Positions 1 through 9,460 of a DNA stretch of 49,639 nucleotides are shown here, piece after piece. The DNA comes from Eubacteriales bacterium (GTDB taxonomy: Bacteria; Bacillota; Clostridia; Oscillospirales; CAG-272). Both the position numbers and the translations under genes were made by a program. Under the pieces are notes generated by a model, which was not told the DNA's origin, did no database searches, and saw only the letters and a program-made list of their open reading frames with translations. The stretch spans positions 1 to 49,639 of the forward strand of contig JAZQWF010000035.1 in the NCBI GenBank assembly GCA_045632185.1, read 5' to 3'. Position 1 is the stretch's first letter. Each line of letters starts with the position of its first letter.

Positions 1-907
1 TGGCTACGATCCGACTTTGTAAGTTCGGATCAGAGGAGATATTGAGCACGATATTCACCGTGATCAGCGTGATTGCGGAAAACACGATCAAAAGGAAGGC
101 ACGCACCTCGCTGTTCAGCGCCTCGCGCAGCTTGCCGCGGAAGGCAAGATAATACGCACCAAAGTTGATCGAGAACAGGAACATAAATACCGTTACCACA
201 ACCTGAATATAGGGCGAGAAGGAAAGCATGCTGTCGTTTTTGAAGCCAAATCCGCCCGTTCCCGCAGTGGAGAAGGCAGTGTTCAGTGCCTCGAACACGC
301 TCATACCGCCGAAAAGCAGCAGAATGAATTGCAGCAACGTAAAGCCAAGATAAATGCCGTAAAGCAACAGCGCAGTCGTGCGCACGCGGGGCACAAGCTT
401 GCCCACGTCGGGGCCGGTGCTTTCCGCCTTCATGATGTGCATATTGCGTCCGCCACTGAGCGGCACGAAGGCCATAATGAATACCAGCACACCCATGCCG
501 CCGATCCAGTGAGTGAAGCTGCGCCACATCAGAATAGCATTGGGCAGGCATTCCACGTCGGTGAAAATGGTGGCACCCGTGGTGGTAAATCCGGAAACCG
601 TTTCAAACAGTGCGTCCACGTAGGAGGCGGTCACGCCCTCAAACATGAAGGGCAACGCGCCAAGCAAACTGATCGCGATCCAGGAAAGGGACACGACCAC
701 AAAACCGTCGCGAGCGCGCAGGGTTTGATTTTTCGGCTTCTTGAAGCTGAGCAGCGCACCTGCGCCAAGGCAGATCAGCATCGTCCACAGAAAGGACAGC
801 ACCGCACTCTCACCAAACGCAAGCGCCGTGATCACGGGTACCAGCAAAAAGGCCGCCTCAAACAGCCAGATGCACCCGATGATGTAAGAGATCATTCTGT
901 AATTCAT
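1..907 (-). CDS. trkH: TrkH family potassium uptake membrane protein (5' part; runs off the window edge)
   Basis: Not in the ORF track. Manual translation from ATG at 907: MNYRMISYIIGCIWLFEAAFLLVP...DALFETVSGFTTTGAT...MWRSFTHWIGGMGVL...AESTGPDVGKLVPR, which are TrkH pore-loop motifs. Lies directly downstream of trkA. Confidence 0.93.
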   Translation of the reverse strand, partial: MNYRMISYIIGCIWLFEAAFLLVPVITALAFGESAVLSFLWTMLICLGAGALLSFKKPKNQTLRARDGFVVVSLSWIAISLLGALPFMFEGVTASYVDALFETVSGFTTTGATIFTDVECLPNAILMWRSFTHWIGGMGVLVFIMAFVPLSGGRNMHIMKAESTGPDVGKLVPRVRTTALLLYGIYLGFTLLQFILLLFGGMSVFEALNTAFSTAGTGGFGFKNDSMLSFSPYIQVVVTVFMFLFSINFGAYYLAFRGKLREALNSEVRAFLLIVFSAITLITVNIVLNISSDPNLQSRIVA

Positions 908-911
908 ACAC

Positions 912-2270
912 TTACCTCAACACGTCGGAAATATCGTGCAAGGGGGTACGGGAAACGACCACCACGTGGTCCCCCGCCTCGATCGTATCGTGACCGCGGG
1001 GAATGATGACCTGCTTGCCGCGCAAAATCGAAGCGATCAGCAGATCGCGCTTCAATTCCAGCTCCATCAGCGGCACACCGACCACGGGTGCCCCCTCCTT
1101 CACGATAAACTCAGAGGCCTCGATCTTATCCATAATGATATTGTAAAGCGTTTCCACGTTAGAGCCGATGGTGTTCTTCATCGCGCGCACGTAGCGCACG
1201 ATGGCGTCCGACGCCACGTTCTTGGGGTAAATGATGCTGTCCAGATCCAGATGTGCCACCACGTCAGAGAAATCAAAGCGGTTGATCTTGGTAACAAGCT
1301 TACCCTTGCCCTTGGAAAGGCGCTTGGCCAAAAGAGAAAGCAGGATATTTTCCTCGTCGTAATTGGTGAGTGCCACAAACGCACCCGCGCGCTCAACGCC
1401 CTCCTCCAACAATGTTTCCTGGTCGCCCGCGTTCGCACGGATAACGTTTACGTACGGATAGCACGCGGTCAGCTCCTGGCAACGCTCCTCTTTTTTCTCG
1501 ATAACTGTCGTAGAAATTCCGTCCTCCTCCAACATCTCGCACAAATAGCGCGTAATCTGACCGCCGCCCGCAATCAGAGCGTCCTTAACGGAGTGGGTAC
1601 GGTATTCGATCTTTTTGAAGAAATCGGCTGCCTGCTTGGGAGAAGCGATCAGCGAGATCACGTCCTTGCCCGCAAATACGAAGTCGCCCTTGGGAATATA
1701 GGCGTCGTCCTCACGCTCAACGGTGCAGACCAGCACGTCACAGTGCAAGGAGGATACCACCTCGCGCACCGACATGCCGACAAGCGGGCTTTGCTCGGGC
1801 AGGCGGAACTTCAAAAGCTCCACACGTCCCCCCGCAAAGGTGTCGATCTTCATCGCAGAGGGGAAGCGCAGCACGCGCAGGATCTCCTCGGCGGCGGCAC
1901 GCTTGGGGTTGATGACCATAGCAAGCCCCAGCTCCTCTTTCAGATACTCGACCTCGGTATTGTATTCGGGGCTTTCCACGCGCGCGATGGTGCGGCAATC
2001 CCCCTTCTTTTTGGCAAGCAGACAGCAAAGCAGGTTCAGCTCGTCAGAGCCGGTCACAGCGATCAGCAGATCCGCGCTCTCAATGCCTGCCTCCAACTGC
2101 GTGCTGTGCGTGGCGCCGTTTCCCACGACACCCATCACGTCGCAGCGCTCCGCCACGGCGCGCACGCGCTCGGGCAAAAGATCCACCACGGTAATGTTGT
2201 TGCCGGGCTCGCCCAGCTGCTCCGCCAGGTTTTCACCGATCTTGCCGCAGCCGACGATAATAATATTCAT
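912..2270 (-). CDS. trkA: Trk system potassium uptake regulatory subunit TrkA
   Basis: MNIIIVGCGKIG Rossmann start, duplicated RCK_N/RCK_C architecture, ~450 aa; start moved to ATG 2270 behind a GGAAGG RBS. Confidence 0.95.
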   Translation of the reverse strand: MNIIIVGCGKIGENLAEQLGEPGNNITVVDLLPERVRAVAERCDVMGVVGNGATHSTQLEAGIESADLLIAVTGSDELNLLCCLLAKKKGDCRTIARVESPEYNTEVEYLKEELGLAMVINPKRAAAEEILRVLRFPSAMKIDTFAGGRVELLKFRLPEQSPLVGMSVREVVSSLHCDVLVCTVEREDDAYIPKGDFVFAGKDVISLIASPKQAADFFKKIEYRTHSVKDALIAGGGQITRYLCEMLEEDGISTTVIEKKEERCQELTACYPYVNVIRANAGDQETLLEEGVERAGAFVALTNYDEENILLSLLAKRLSKGKGKLVTKINRFDFSDVVAHLDLDSIIYPKNVASDAIVRYVRAMKNTIGSNVETLYNIIMDKIEASEFIVKEGAPVVGVPLMELELKRDLLIASILRGKQVIIPRGHDTIEAGDHVVVVSRTPLHDISDVLR

Positions 2271-2378
2271 AGATCCTTCCAGTTTCACACGGGAACGTTT
2301 CATAGCATTGTCCTACCCTTTCAAGTAGATATAGATATATTAATTATATCACTTTTCTCTGCAATGTCAAGTTAAACA

Positions 2379-3194
2379 TTAAATCTCCTCGCGCACGCGA
2401 GGAATAAAACCGGCAGCAAGCGCCATGCGGCGGCGCTTCAAATAAATATATCCGATGATGCAAAAGGCTAGCGCTCCCCACAGATTTACAGCCAGATCCT
2501 TCACCGTGTCCGCAAGTCCCACGTCAAGATACGCGGGCAGAATAAAGCTTGCGCCGTCCGCCGTTCTGATCTCTACCTGCGTGATATTTTCCGCACGAAA
2601 CACGCCCCCGTCAGGGCCCGGGATCAGCACGCTGCGAACGGCGCTGCGAAAGCTGTCCTTTTGCATATCCGTGTGCAGAAAATAGTCCGCGCCAAACTCA
2701 AAGATCTCCCAAAACACTCCCACCGTGGCAGAGAAGCAAAAGGCGGTAAAGCTTTGATATGCGGGTGAGGGCAGCGTGCGTACGGTGCGCTTTTTTTCAA
2801 ACAAAGAGAACAGACAAAAGCCAAAGCCCGCAAACAAAAATCCGTTGGCTGCGTGCAGGATGCTGTCAAAGGCGGGAAAGCGCTCGTAAAAATCTCCGAT
2901 CTCGCCAAGCACGCCGGCACAAAACACAAACAGATAAGCAGAGATCTCCAAGGCGGCGGGAAATTGCAAGGAAAAGCGCTGCTCCACAATAGGGGGTATC
3001 AAAAAAAGTGTCAAGCACAGTCCTCCCGTAAAAACGCGCTCCCAGCGCCCCGCGATCCCCCCGCTGATCAGAACCGCCAGTGTAGAGATCCACAGGCAGA
3101 CAAAAACGAAAAACGCCGCTTTGTTCCCCTTGATCTCCTCCCATATCCCCCGAAATCCGCCCCGTCCTGCCACTTTTTTGCCTTTCACCTGCAT
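2379..3194 (-). CDS. Integral membrane protein, DUF2238/YjdF-like
   Basis: Several hydrophobic helices with FYERFPAFDSILH, VFWEIFEF and DTVKDL motifs; GGAGG RBS (GTG at 3188 is an alternative start). Confidence 0.65.
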   Translation of the reverse strand: MQVKGKKVAGRGGFRGIWEEIKGNKAAFFVFVCLWISTLAVLISGGIAGRWERVFTGGLCLTLFLIPPIVEQRFSLQFPAALEISAYLFVFCAGVLGEIGDFYERFPAFDSILHAANGFLFAGFGFCLFSLFEKKRTVRTLPSPAYQSFTAFCFSATVGVFWEIFEFGADYFLHTDMQKDSFRSAVRSVLIPGPDGGVFRAENITQVEIRTADGASFILPAYLDVGLADTVKDLAVNLWGALAFCIIGYIYLKRRRMALAAGFIPRVREEI

Positions 3195-3215
3195 ACCTCC
3201 CTTCTTTTTAAGGGT

Positions 3216-3245
3216 TAGTATTCCTTAGCGCCAACACCCTCATAC
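3216..3245 (-). promoter_or_regulatory. Putative forespore sigma (sigG/sigF-type) promoter
   Basis: Minus strand GTATG-N18-AATACTA upstream of the 2379-3194 gene. Confidence 0.5.
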
Positions 3246-3290
3246 CACGCGATCACACAAAAAAAGAAAAAACTATTTGGCAAAAAAGTA

Positions 3291-3319
3291 TTGACAAATG
3301 GAAAGTGATTTGTTAAAAT
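3291..3319 (+). promoter_or_regulatory. sigmaA promoter
   Basis: TTGACA-N17-TAAAAT with TG extension. Confidence 0.7.
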
Positions 3320-3366
3320 AATTACATAGATACCAAAAACCGCGAGAAAGGATTTGGATACGAACG

Positions 3367-3576
3367 ATGAAAAGAAGCATTCTCTGCCTGCTTGTACTTC
3401 TTACTCTTTGCGTGTGCATGCTCTTTGTTTCCTGTAAGAAAGAGGATCCCGCACTTAGCGCTCCCGACGCTGCCGGCGTTGGCAAAAAGGGTGAAACCCA
3501 GACCCAAAAGGTGGAAGGCACCGTTGATCAGAACGGCCCCAACGAGCAAATCCCCGGTGACACTGTCCGCTACTAA
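3367..3576 (+). CDS. Small putative lipoprotein
   Basis: MKR + hydrophobic stretch + FVSC lipobox; own promoter and downstream hairpin. Confidence 0.7.
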   Translation: MKRSILCLLVLLTLCVCMLFVSCKKEDPALSAPDAAGVGKKGETQTQKVEGTVDQNGPNEQIPGDTVRY

Positions 3577-3624
3577 TACTGTTTTTTCAAACGCCCTGCG
3601 CCTTGCGCGGGGCGTTTTTCTTTT

Positions 3625-3654
3625 GCATAAATCTCTGCGTTGCGGCCAACACTA
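3625..3654 (+). promoter_or_regulatory. Putative sigG-type promoter
   Basis: GCATA-N18-AACACTA upstream of the spore-coat-like gene pair. Confidence 0.5.
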
Positions 3655-3683
3655 TTCACATCCCAAAAAAAGGAGTGATGAAA

Positions 3684-3869
3684 ATGGCACAAATTACCGA
3701 AAAGGAGCTTGGCTTTCTCGGCGACCTGATGACGGCAGAGCAGTTGCAGATCGCCAAGTACGCAAGCGCCGCAAAGAACACGACCGACAAAGCGATCGCG
3801 GATTGCTACACCCAGATGGCGGAGCGCCACCAGCGCAGTCTTGACCGACTGTACGCAAATTTGAAGTGA
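3684..3869 (+). CDS. Small spore coat-associated protein (CotF-partner-like, ferritin-like helical pair)
   Basis: AAGGAG RBS; MAQITEKELGFLGDLMTAEQLQIAKY...MAERHQ, typical of the small protein preceding Coat F genes. Confidence 0.7.
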   Translation: MAQITEKELGFLGDLMTAEQLQIAKYASAAKNTTDKAIADCYTQMAERHQRSLDRLYANLK

Positions 3870-3878
3870 GGTAAGCGT

Positions 3879-4163
3879 ATGAACGTTATGCAAAGCACCT
3901 GTACCTTTGGCGAAAAGGAAAGAATGCACGACTGCCTGGACACCGAAAAGTATCTGATCGGCATGTACCAGACCGCCCTGACCGAGGCCGCCACCCCCGA
4001 GGTGATGCAGACGCTGACCGATCTTTTATCGGACAGCTTCCGCATGCAACAGCAGCTGTTCCGCGAGATGAACAGCCGCGGCTGGTACCCTGTGACCAAG
4101 GCGGAGGAGCAAAAGATCGCACAGACCAAGCAAAAGTTTGCCGCAGCCATGTGCGTGAAATAA
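3879..4163 (+). CDS. Spore coat protein, Coat F domain
   Basis: DCLDTEK...YQTALTEAATPEV...QQQLFREMNSRGWYP Coat_F signature. Confidence 0.85.
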   Translation: MNVMQSTCTFGEKERMHDCLDTEKYLIGMYQTALTEAATPEVMQTLTDLLSDSFRMQQQLFREMNSRGWYPVTKAEEQKIAQTKQKFAAAMCVK

Positions 4164-4198
4164 AAAAAGCCGTGGGCTTTACGCCCACGGCTTTTTTT
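4162..4198. terminator. Bidirectional intrinsic terminator
   Basis: A7-GCCGTGGGC-loop-GCCCACGGC-T7 between convergent genes. Confidence 0.9.
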
Positions 4199-4946
4199 AG
4201 TTGCGGCGGAAATCAGAGGGCGTTCTTCCCGTTTCCTTTTTGAAGACCTTGCTGAAATAGTACACATCGGAAAACCCACAGCGCTCCGCCACTTCCACCA
4301 TAGATAAATGCGGCATCTTCAAAAGCTGCTTGGCATACGCCACCTTCTGCAAAAGGATATAGCGCGCCGGCGTCTTATCAAAATGTCTTTTGAAGATCTC
4401 GTCAAACTGTCTGCGCGAGATCCGCTCTCCGGCGTAAAGCGCCGCAAGGCAATCCTGCTCACGGAAGTGCAAACGAACAAACTCCTCCGCGCGCGTCATG
4501 CGTGGATCGACAGGAGCATAGCTTTTTTTACGCACGGCATCGATCCCCGCACACAGCTTATGGAATTCGGAAAACAGCGCGTGCGTGCCGCCGCCCGCAA
4601 GCGCGATCTGTCGTTCAATGCGCTCCAAAAGCTGCGAAAGGTCAGACACGTCTACACTTTTTACAAAAAAAGTATCAGTTTCAACCTCCTCATAGGTGGT
4701 GAAATGCACCGAGAAGGAAAGCCCCTTTTCCAGCACCTGCACAGAGAAATCGTCACGCGCGTTGAAGAAGAACACGCCCGTCCCCTCTAACATGATGCGC
4801 TGGTAGCCGAAATCGTGCAGCTCCCTGCCGGAAAGGTTGATGCCGATGATATGCGTTTTTCTGTTTTGCGCCACCCAGTGCGTGATATCCGGCGTATAGC
4901 GGATGGCCAGATCAATGCTCTTCACTTTCATGTCCTCAAATCTCAT
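4197..4946 (-). CDS. AraC family transcriptional regulator
   Basis: C-terminal VAERCGFSDVYYFSKVFKKETGRTPSDFR AraC HTH; divergent from the GRE operon. Confidence 0.92.
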   Translation of the reverse strand: MRFEDMKVKSIDLAIRYTPDITHWVAQNRKTHIIGINLSGRELHDFGYQRIMLEGTGVFFFNARDDFSVQVLEKGLSFSVHFTTYEEVETDTFFVKSVDVSDLSQLLERIERQIALAGGGTHALFSEFHKLCAGIDAVRKKSYAPVDPRMTRAEEFVRLHFREQDCLAALYAGERISRRQFDEIFKRHFDKTPARYILLQKVAYAKQLLKMPHLSMVEVAERCGFSDVYYFSKVFKKETGRTPSDFRRN

Positions 4947-5095
4947 ACGCCACCTCCGTTTCCTTTATTATAGCATGCGCGGGCACGCATGTAAAGAAAA
5001 AACTTCCATATTTTACAAAAATTCCAAATAATATATTGCGCGCAGGCGTTGCGCGTGTTATAGTATAGTCAACACCTACTGCAAGGAGGTCAACC

Positions 5096-7333
5096 ATGAA
5101 CTACGAAGCAATGCGAAAAGAGCTGACGACCTACTATTTCACGGGAACGGGCGAACGCGGCGAGATCTTCCGCGAGCGCGCGAATGCGGAAATGGATCGC
5201 CAATACCGCGAGGAGATGAACCCTTACGAAATGAAGGTAGTGCAATATCGCGTGATCACGGATATGTTCGAGCCCGTGCTGTTCTACACCTGCCCCTACT
5301 ATTTTGAAACGGGCACGATGTGGGCACACTGCGACGGCGGACGCGATTTCCGCGGCTTTAAGCACGCAGGCGGTTGGACCTTTTGGAAGAACAAGCATCT
5401 TTTCAAGGATCAGAACCCCGCACTTTACGAGCTTGCCAAGAAACAACAGGCAGAGCTGTTCTATACCACAATATACCACGACAACATGCAGCACTTCAAT
5501 TTCGACAACCGCCCTATCCTTGCGGGCGGTCTGAAAGGGCTTTACGAGCGCGCCGAAAAGGAATTGGAAAGCGCCGAGGGCTGGGAGGAGCGCGCATACT
5601 TGGAGGCCACGATGCAGGCGATGCTCTGCCTGAAAAAAATGAGCGAGAAATTTGCCGCCAAGGCAGAGCAGATGCTGGAAAATGCACCGGATGAGGCAGC
5701 GCGCCAAAATCTTGCGCGCATCGCCCAAAGCGCCCGCCGTTGCCCCTGGGAGGCACCGCAAACGCTGTACGAGGCGTTGAATACGCTTTGCTTTATGCGC
5801 AAGTGCATGGGCGCGCTGGAAGGCATCGGCCCGAACACCTTTGGACGCATTGACATGGATCTTGCCCCCTTCTACGAGGCGGATATTGCGGCAGGACGCC
5901 TTACAAAAGAGGGGGCGTATGACCTTGTTACCCGCTTTCTGCTGACCTGGGACCTGCATTTCGACCACGATTTCAAGTTCTCCGGCTATTCGGATCACGA
6001 GCTGGAAAACACCTACGTGCTGGGCGGCTGCGATCCCCAGGGCAAGCCACTTTACAACGATCTGACGCAAATGTTTCTGCGCGCATCGCGCGAGCAAACC
6101 ATCATCTTCCCCAAGATCACCTGCCGCTTTGACAGAAACTCGCCCAAGGAATATCTGGACGAGGCAAATCTTGCGGTCATCAACGGCACCAGCACCCTGC
6201 TTTATCAAAATGACGAGGCAACTATCCCCGCCGTCCTTCGCCGCGGTAAGCCGATCGAGGAGGCGCGCGACTATCTGATCACGGGCTGCTGGGCGATCAT
6301 GAGCAACGGAAAAGAAAAGATCGAAGACGGCACCTACGTCAACATCTTAAAGGTGTTGGAATATACGCTGCACAACCGCACGGACAAAATGAAGGAGATC
6401 GGTATGACCTTCGCCCCCGTGGACGATGCTAAGAGCTTCGAGGAGCTGTACCGTATCTATTGCGACAATGTCCGCGTGCTATTTGAAGAACGCTGCCGCG
6501 TATGGCGCGAGGGCGGCCAAATATGGCGAAAAGTCGACCCGTTACCCATCTTTTCTTCCACTATGGACGATTGTATCGGAAAGCATCTGGACTATACAGC
6601 GGGGGGCGCAAAATACCGCGACAGCCGTTTTGAGCTGATGGGTTTCCCCAACGTAGCGGACAGTCTTTTGGCCATCAAAAAGCTTTGCTTTGATGAAAAA
6701 AAGTATACGCTTTCGCAAATGCTGGACGCCGTTCGCCGTAACTGGGAGGGCTATGAGGATATGCGCATGGACGCGATCCACACGCCCGGCTGGGGTATGG
6801 GCATAAGAGAGGCGGACGAATTTTGCGCCCGCTTCAACAGCGATCTTTACGCGATGGCACAAGATATGGTCGGCACCTACGGCGGCAAAGTCGTGATCGG
6901 ACATCTTGGATACACCGAGATCCGCTGGTGGGGCGAAAAAACGCTTGCTACGCCCGAGGGACGCAAAAGCGGCGATTATATCGCGCAGGGGCTTACCCCC
7001 TCGCGCTTAAAAAAGATCCCTGCCGTGACCAGCGTGATCAAAAGCCTTTGCGCCCCCGACCCGACCGAGATCGCAGGCAACTCGGTGGTGAACGTGATCC
7101 TGCCAAACAAAACCACGCTGGACCACTGCGAGGCCTTCCTGCGTGCCGTGGCGCAAAGCGGCGTGCAATCCTTGCAGCTGAACTGCACCTCGCGTGAGCA
7201 GCTGCTGGACGCGCAGAAGCACCCCGAAAAATATCCCACTCTGATCGTGCGTATGTGCGGCTTCTCCGCCAAGTTCACCTCCCTTTCTCCCGAATGGCAG
7301 CAAGAGGTGCTGACACGCAATTTCTACGAATAA
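5096..7333 (+). CDS. Glycyl radical enzyme (PFL superfamily), function unknown
   Basis: 745 aa; C-terminal LLDAQKHPEKYPTLIVRMCGFS Gly loop; FGRIDMDL; central ARDYLITGCWA Cys loop; adjacent activase. Confidence 0.92.
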   Translation: MNYEAMRKELTTYYFTGTGERGEIFRERANAEMDRQYREEMNPYEMKVVQYRVITDMFEPVLFYTCPYYFETGTMWAHCDGGRDFRGFKHAGGWTFWKNKHLFKDQNPALYELAKKQQAELFYTTIYHDNMQHFNFDNRPILAGGLKGLYERAEKELESAEGWEERAYLEATMQAMLCLKKMSEKFAAKAEQMLENAPDEAARQNLARIAQSARRCPWEAPQTLYEALNTLCFMRKCMGALEGIGPNTFGRIDMDLAPFYEADIAAGRLTKEGAYDLVTRFLLTWDLHFDHDFKFSGYSDHELENTYVLGGCDPQGKPLYNDLTQMFLRASREQTIIFPKITCRFDRNSPKEYLDEANLAVINGTSTLLYQNDEATIPAVLRRGKPIEEARDYLITGCWAIMSNGKEKIEDGTYVNILKVLEYTLHNRTDKMKEIGMTFAPVDDAKSFEELYRIYCDNVRVLFEERCRVWREGGQIWRKVDPLPIFSSTMDDCIGKHLDYTAGGAKYRDSRFELMGFPNVADSLLAIKKLCFDEKKYTLSQMLDAVRRNWEGYEDMRMDAIHTPGWGMGIREADEFCARFNSDLYAMAQDMVGTYGGKVVIGHLGYTEIRWWGEKTLATPEGRKSGDYIAQGLTPSRLKKIPAVTSVIKSLCAPDPTEIAGNSVVNVILPNKTTLDHCEAFLRAVAQSGVQSLQLNCTSREQLLDAQKHPEKYPTLIVRMCGFSAKFTSLSPEWQQEVLTRNFYE

Positions 7334-7366
7334 CCCCCAAAACGGTATAAAAACAAGGAGATTTCT

Positions 7367-8200
7367 ATGACCGCTACCGTTTTTGACATTCAGCGCTCCT
7401 CCTTTGTGGACGGCCCCGGCATCCGCACGACGGTATTCTTTAAGGGGTGCAATCTGCGCTGCGCGTGGTGCCACAATCCCGAAAGCCAGAGCGCCGCGCC
7501 GCAGATGATGCTTTACGCAGACAAGTGCATCAGCTGCGGAAAATGCCTTGAAAAATGCCCGCACGATCTGAGATCCTGCGAGCTTTGTGGCAAATGCGAG
7601 CTGTACTGCCCCGCAGAAGCGCGTCGCGTATGCGGCAAGCAATACACCGTCGATGAGCTTGTCGAAGAGATCCTTGCCGATAAGCTGTTTTACGATACCT
7701 CCGGGGGAGGCGCTACCTTCTCGGGCGGTGAGTGCATGCTCTATCCCGATTTTCTCGCCGCGCTTTTGCGCAAATGCAAGGAAAACGGCGTACACACCGC
7801 CGTAGATACGGCAGGACACGTGCCGTTTTCCCACTTTGAGTGCGTGTTGCCCTTCACCGATATGTTCTTATATGACATCAAAAGCATGGACACGGATACG
7901 CATAAAGCGTACACGGGCGTAGGAAACGAGCTGATTTTGGAAAACCTTGCCAAGCTCCTGACGCTTGGCACAAAGGTCCGGATCCGCGTGCCCTTGATCG
8001 CAGGCGTCAACGACAGCGAGCAGGAGATGCTTGCCATGTCCGATTTCTTCAAAAAGCACGGAACGCCCGAAAAGATCGAGCTGCTTCCCTATCACGCGAT
8101 GGGTGAGAGCAAGGCCCGCGCCATCGGCCGCGAGCCAAGGATCTTTGCGCCCCCCGAAAAGGAAAGGATCGACGCGCTTTATGCGCTGTTGCACGCCTGA
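7367..8200 (+). CDS. Glycyl-radical enzyme activating protein (radical SAM with 2x[4Fe-4S] insert)
   Basis: DGPGIRTTVFFKGCNLRCAWCHNPES; CISCGKCLEKCP and CELCGKCELYCP; GGGATFSGGE; ELLPYH. Confidence 0.95.
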   Translation: MTATVFDIQRSSFVDGPGIRTTVFFKGCNLRCAWCHNPESQSAAPQMMLYADKCISCGKCLEKCPHDLRSCELCGKCELYCPAEARRVCGKQYTVDELVEEILADKLFYDTSGGGATFSGGECMLYPDFLAALLRKCKENGVHTAVDTAGHVPFSHFECVLPFTDMFLYDIKSMDTDTHKAYTGVGNELILENLAKLLTLGTKVRIRVPLIAGVNDSEQEMLAMSDFFKKHGTPEKIELLPYHAMGESKARAIGREPRIFAPPEKERIDALYALLHA

Positions 8201-8201
8201 C

Positions 8202-8228
8202 AAAAAAGCCCCGCAACGGGGCTTTTTT
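8202..8228 (+). terminator. Intrinsic terminator
   Basis: AAAAAAGCCCCG-CAA-CGGGGCTTTTTT. Confidence 0.85.
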
Positions 8229-8318
8229 ATTTTGAAAAAATTTGGCGAATATAATTGCAAAATAGAAAAAAATGTGTTATACTGTTGGAAAGAACTCATT
8301 TTCAACGGAGGAAGCTCT

Positions 8319-8873
8319 ATGAAAGACATCACATCCGCACAGGATTTCAATGCACGCATCAAGCGCGTGCTGGTCACCGAAGAGGAAATTAAAGCTGCCA
8401 TCGCCAAGGCAGGCAGAGAGATCTCTAAGATCTACGACGGCCGTCCCATTCTGCTTGTCAGCATTTTGAAGGGCGCATTTGTCTTTATGGCAGATCTCTG
8501 CCGTGCCATTGACGCACCCTGCGAGATCGGCTTTATGTGTGCAAAAAGCTATTTCAAGGAAACCGTTTCCTCCGGCGTCGTACAGATCACGATGGATCTG
8601 GAACAGGACGTCAGCCAGTACCACCTGGTAATCGTAGAGGATATCATCGATACCGGCCGCACCCTCAACGACGTGATCAAGCTGTTGAAGGCGCGCAATC
8701 CCCTCTCCCTTCACGTGGTCACGCTGCTGGACAAGCCCGGCCGCCGCGTTGTGGAATTCAAGGCGGATATGGCTCTGTTCACCATTCCCGATCATTTCGT
8801 GATCGGCTACGGTCTTGACTGCGGTGAATATTTCCGCAACTTGCCCTATATCGCAGAATACTCGGAAGATTGA
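8319..8873 (+). CDS. hpt: Hypoxanthine phosphoribosyltransferase
   Basis: ILKGAFVFMADL, VIVEDIIDTGRTL PRPP motif, FVIGYGLD, FRNLPYI; start at ATG 8319 after GGAGG. Confidence 0.95.
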   Translation: MKDITSAQDFNARIKRVLVTEEEIKAAIAKAGREISKIYDGRPILLVSILKGAFVFMADLCRAIDAPCEIGFMCAKSYFKETVSSGVVQITMDLEQDVSQYHLVIVEDIIDTGRTLNDVIKLLKARNPLSLHVVTLLDKPGRRVVEFKADMALFTIPDHFVIGYGLDCGEYFRNLPYIAEYSED

Positions 8874-8879
8874 ACATAG

Positions 8880-8908
8880 AAAAAAGCCCCCGTTCGGGGG
8901 CTTTTTTT
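8880..8908. terminator. Bidirectional intrinsic terminator
   Basis: AAAAAAGCCCCCG-TT-CGGGGGCTTTTTTT between convergent hpt and LOG genes. Confidence 0.88.
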
Positions 8909-9440
8909 ATTTTTCAAGATAATTGAAGATCTCCTCGGGGGTGTCCAGCAGGACGAAATCCTTCAATGCCTCTTCGCGGATAAATCCCTTTTCCACGCCC
9001 TCGCGGATCACGCAAAGGGTGCTGTTCCAAAATCCGTCAATGTTATAAAGCACGATCGGCTTTTCGTGTCTGTGCAGCACACGCAGCGTCAGGATCTGAT
9101 AAAACTCGTCAAAGGTACCAACGCCGCCGGGCACGATCACGAACGCATCCGCCTTGTTCTCCATCACCGATTTGCGCTCTGCCATCGTTTCGGTGGCGAT
9201 CAGCTCAGTGCAAAACTCACTGATCGGCTCAAACGTGTGCATGAAATGGGGGGTAACGCCCACAATGCTGCCGCCGCCCTGATACATGCCGCGTGCCGCA
9301 GCACCCATAAGGCCGCTAGAGCCGGCACCGAACACCATCGTATGCCCGCGCTTTGCCATCTCCATACCAAAGGCCTCTACGGCCTTTACGTATTTTTTAT
9401 CAATGCGATCGCTTGCCGCACCGTAAAGTGTAATATTCAT
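8907..9440 (-). CDS. LOG family (TIGR00730) nucleotide phosphoribohydrolase
   Basis: GLMGAAARG, MAERK, PGGVGTFDE motif, KPIVLYN. Confidence 0.9.
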   Translation of the reverse strand: MNITLYGAASDRIDKKYVKAVEAFGMEMAKRGHTMVFGAGSSGLMGAAARGMYQGGGSIVGVTPHFMHTFEPISEFCTELIATETMAERKSVMENKADAFVIVPGGVGTFDEFYQILTLRVLHRHEKPIVLYNIDGFWNSTLCVIREGVEKGFIREEALKDFVLLDTPEEIFNYLEK

Positions 9441-9460
9441 GGTTTCCTCCTGAATGGGAA

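Noticed and set aside
5096-7333. Annotation as pyruvate formate-lyase (pflB) or choline TMA-lyase (cutC)
   Set aside because: No adjacent Cys-Cys pair, no GCVEP loop and no microcompartment genes.
8031-8318. N-terminal extensions in the ORF track (hpt, trxA 11095, M20 19100, DUF1836 28980, paaK 43473, lipoprotein 31912)
   Set aside because: They run through upstream genes, terminators or promoters; RBS-supported starts lie downstream.
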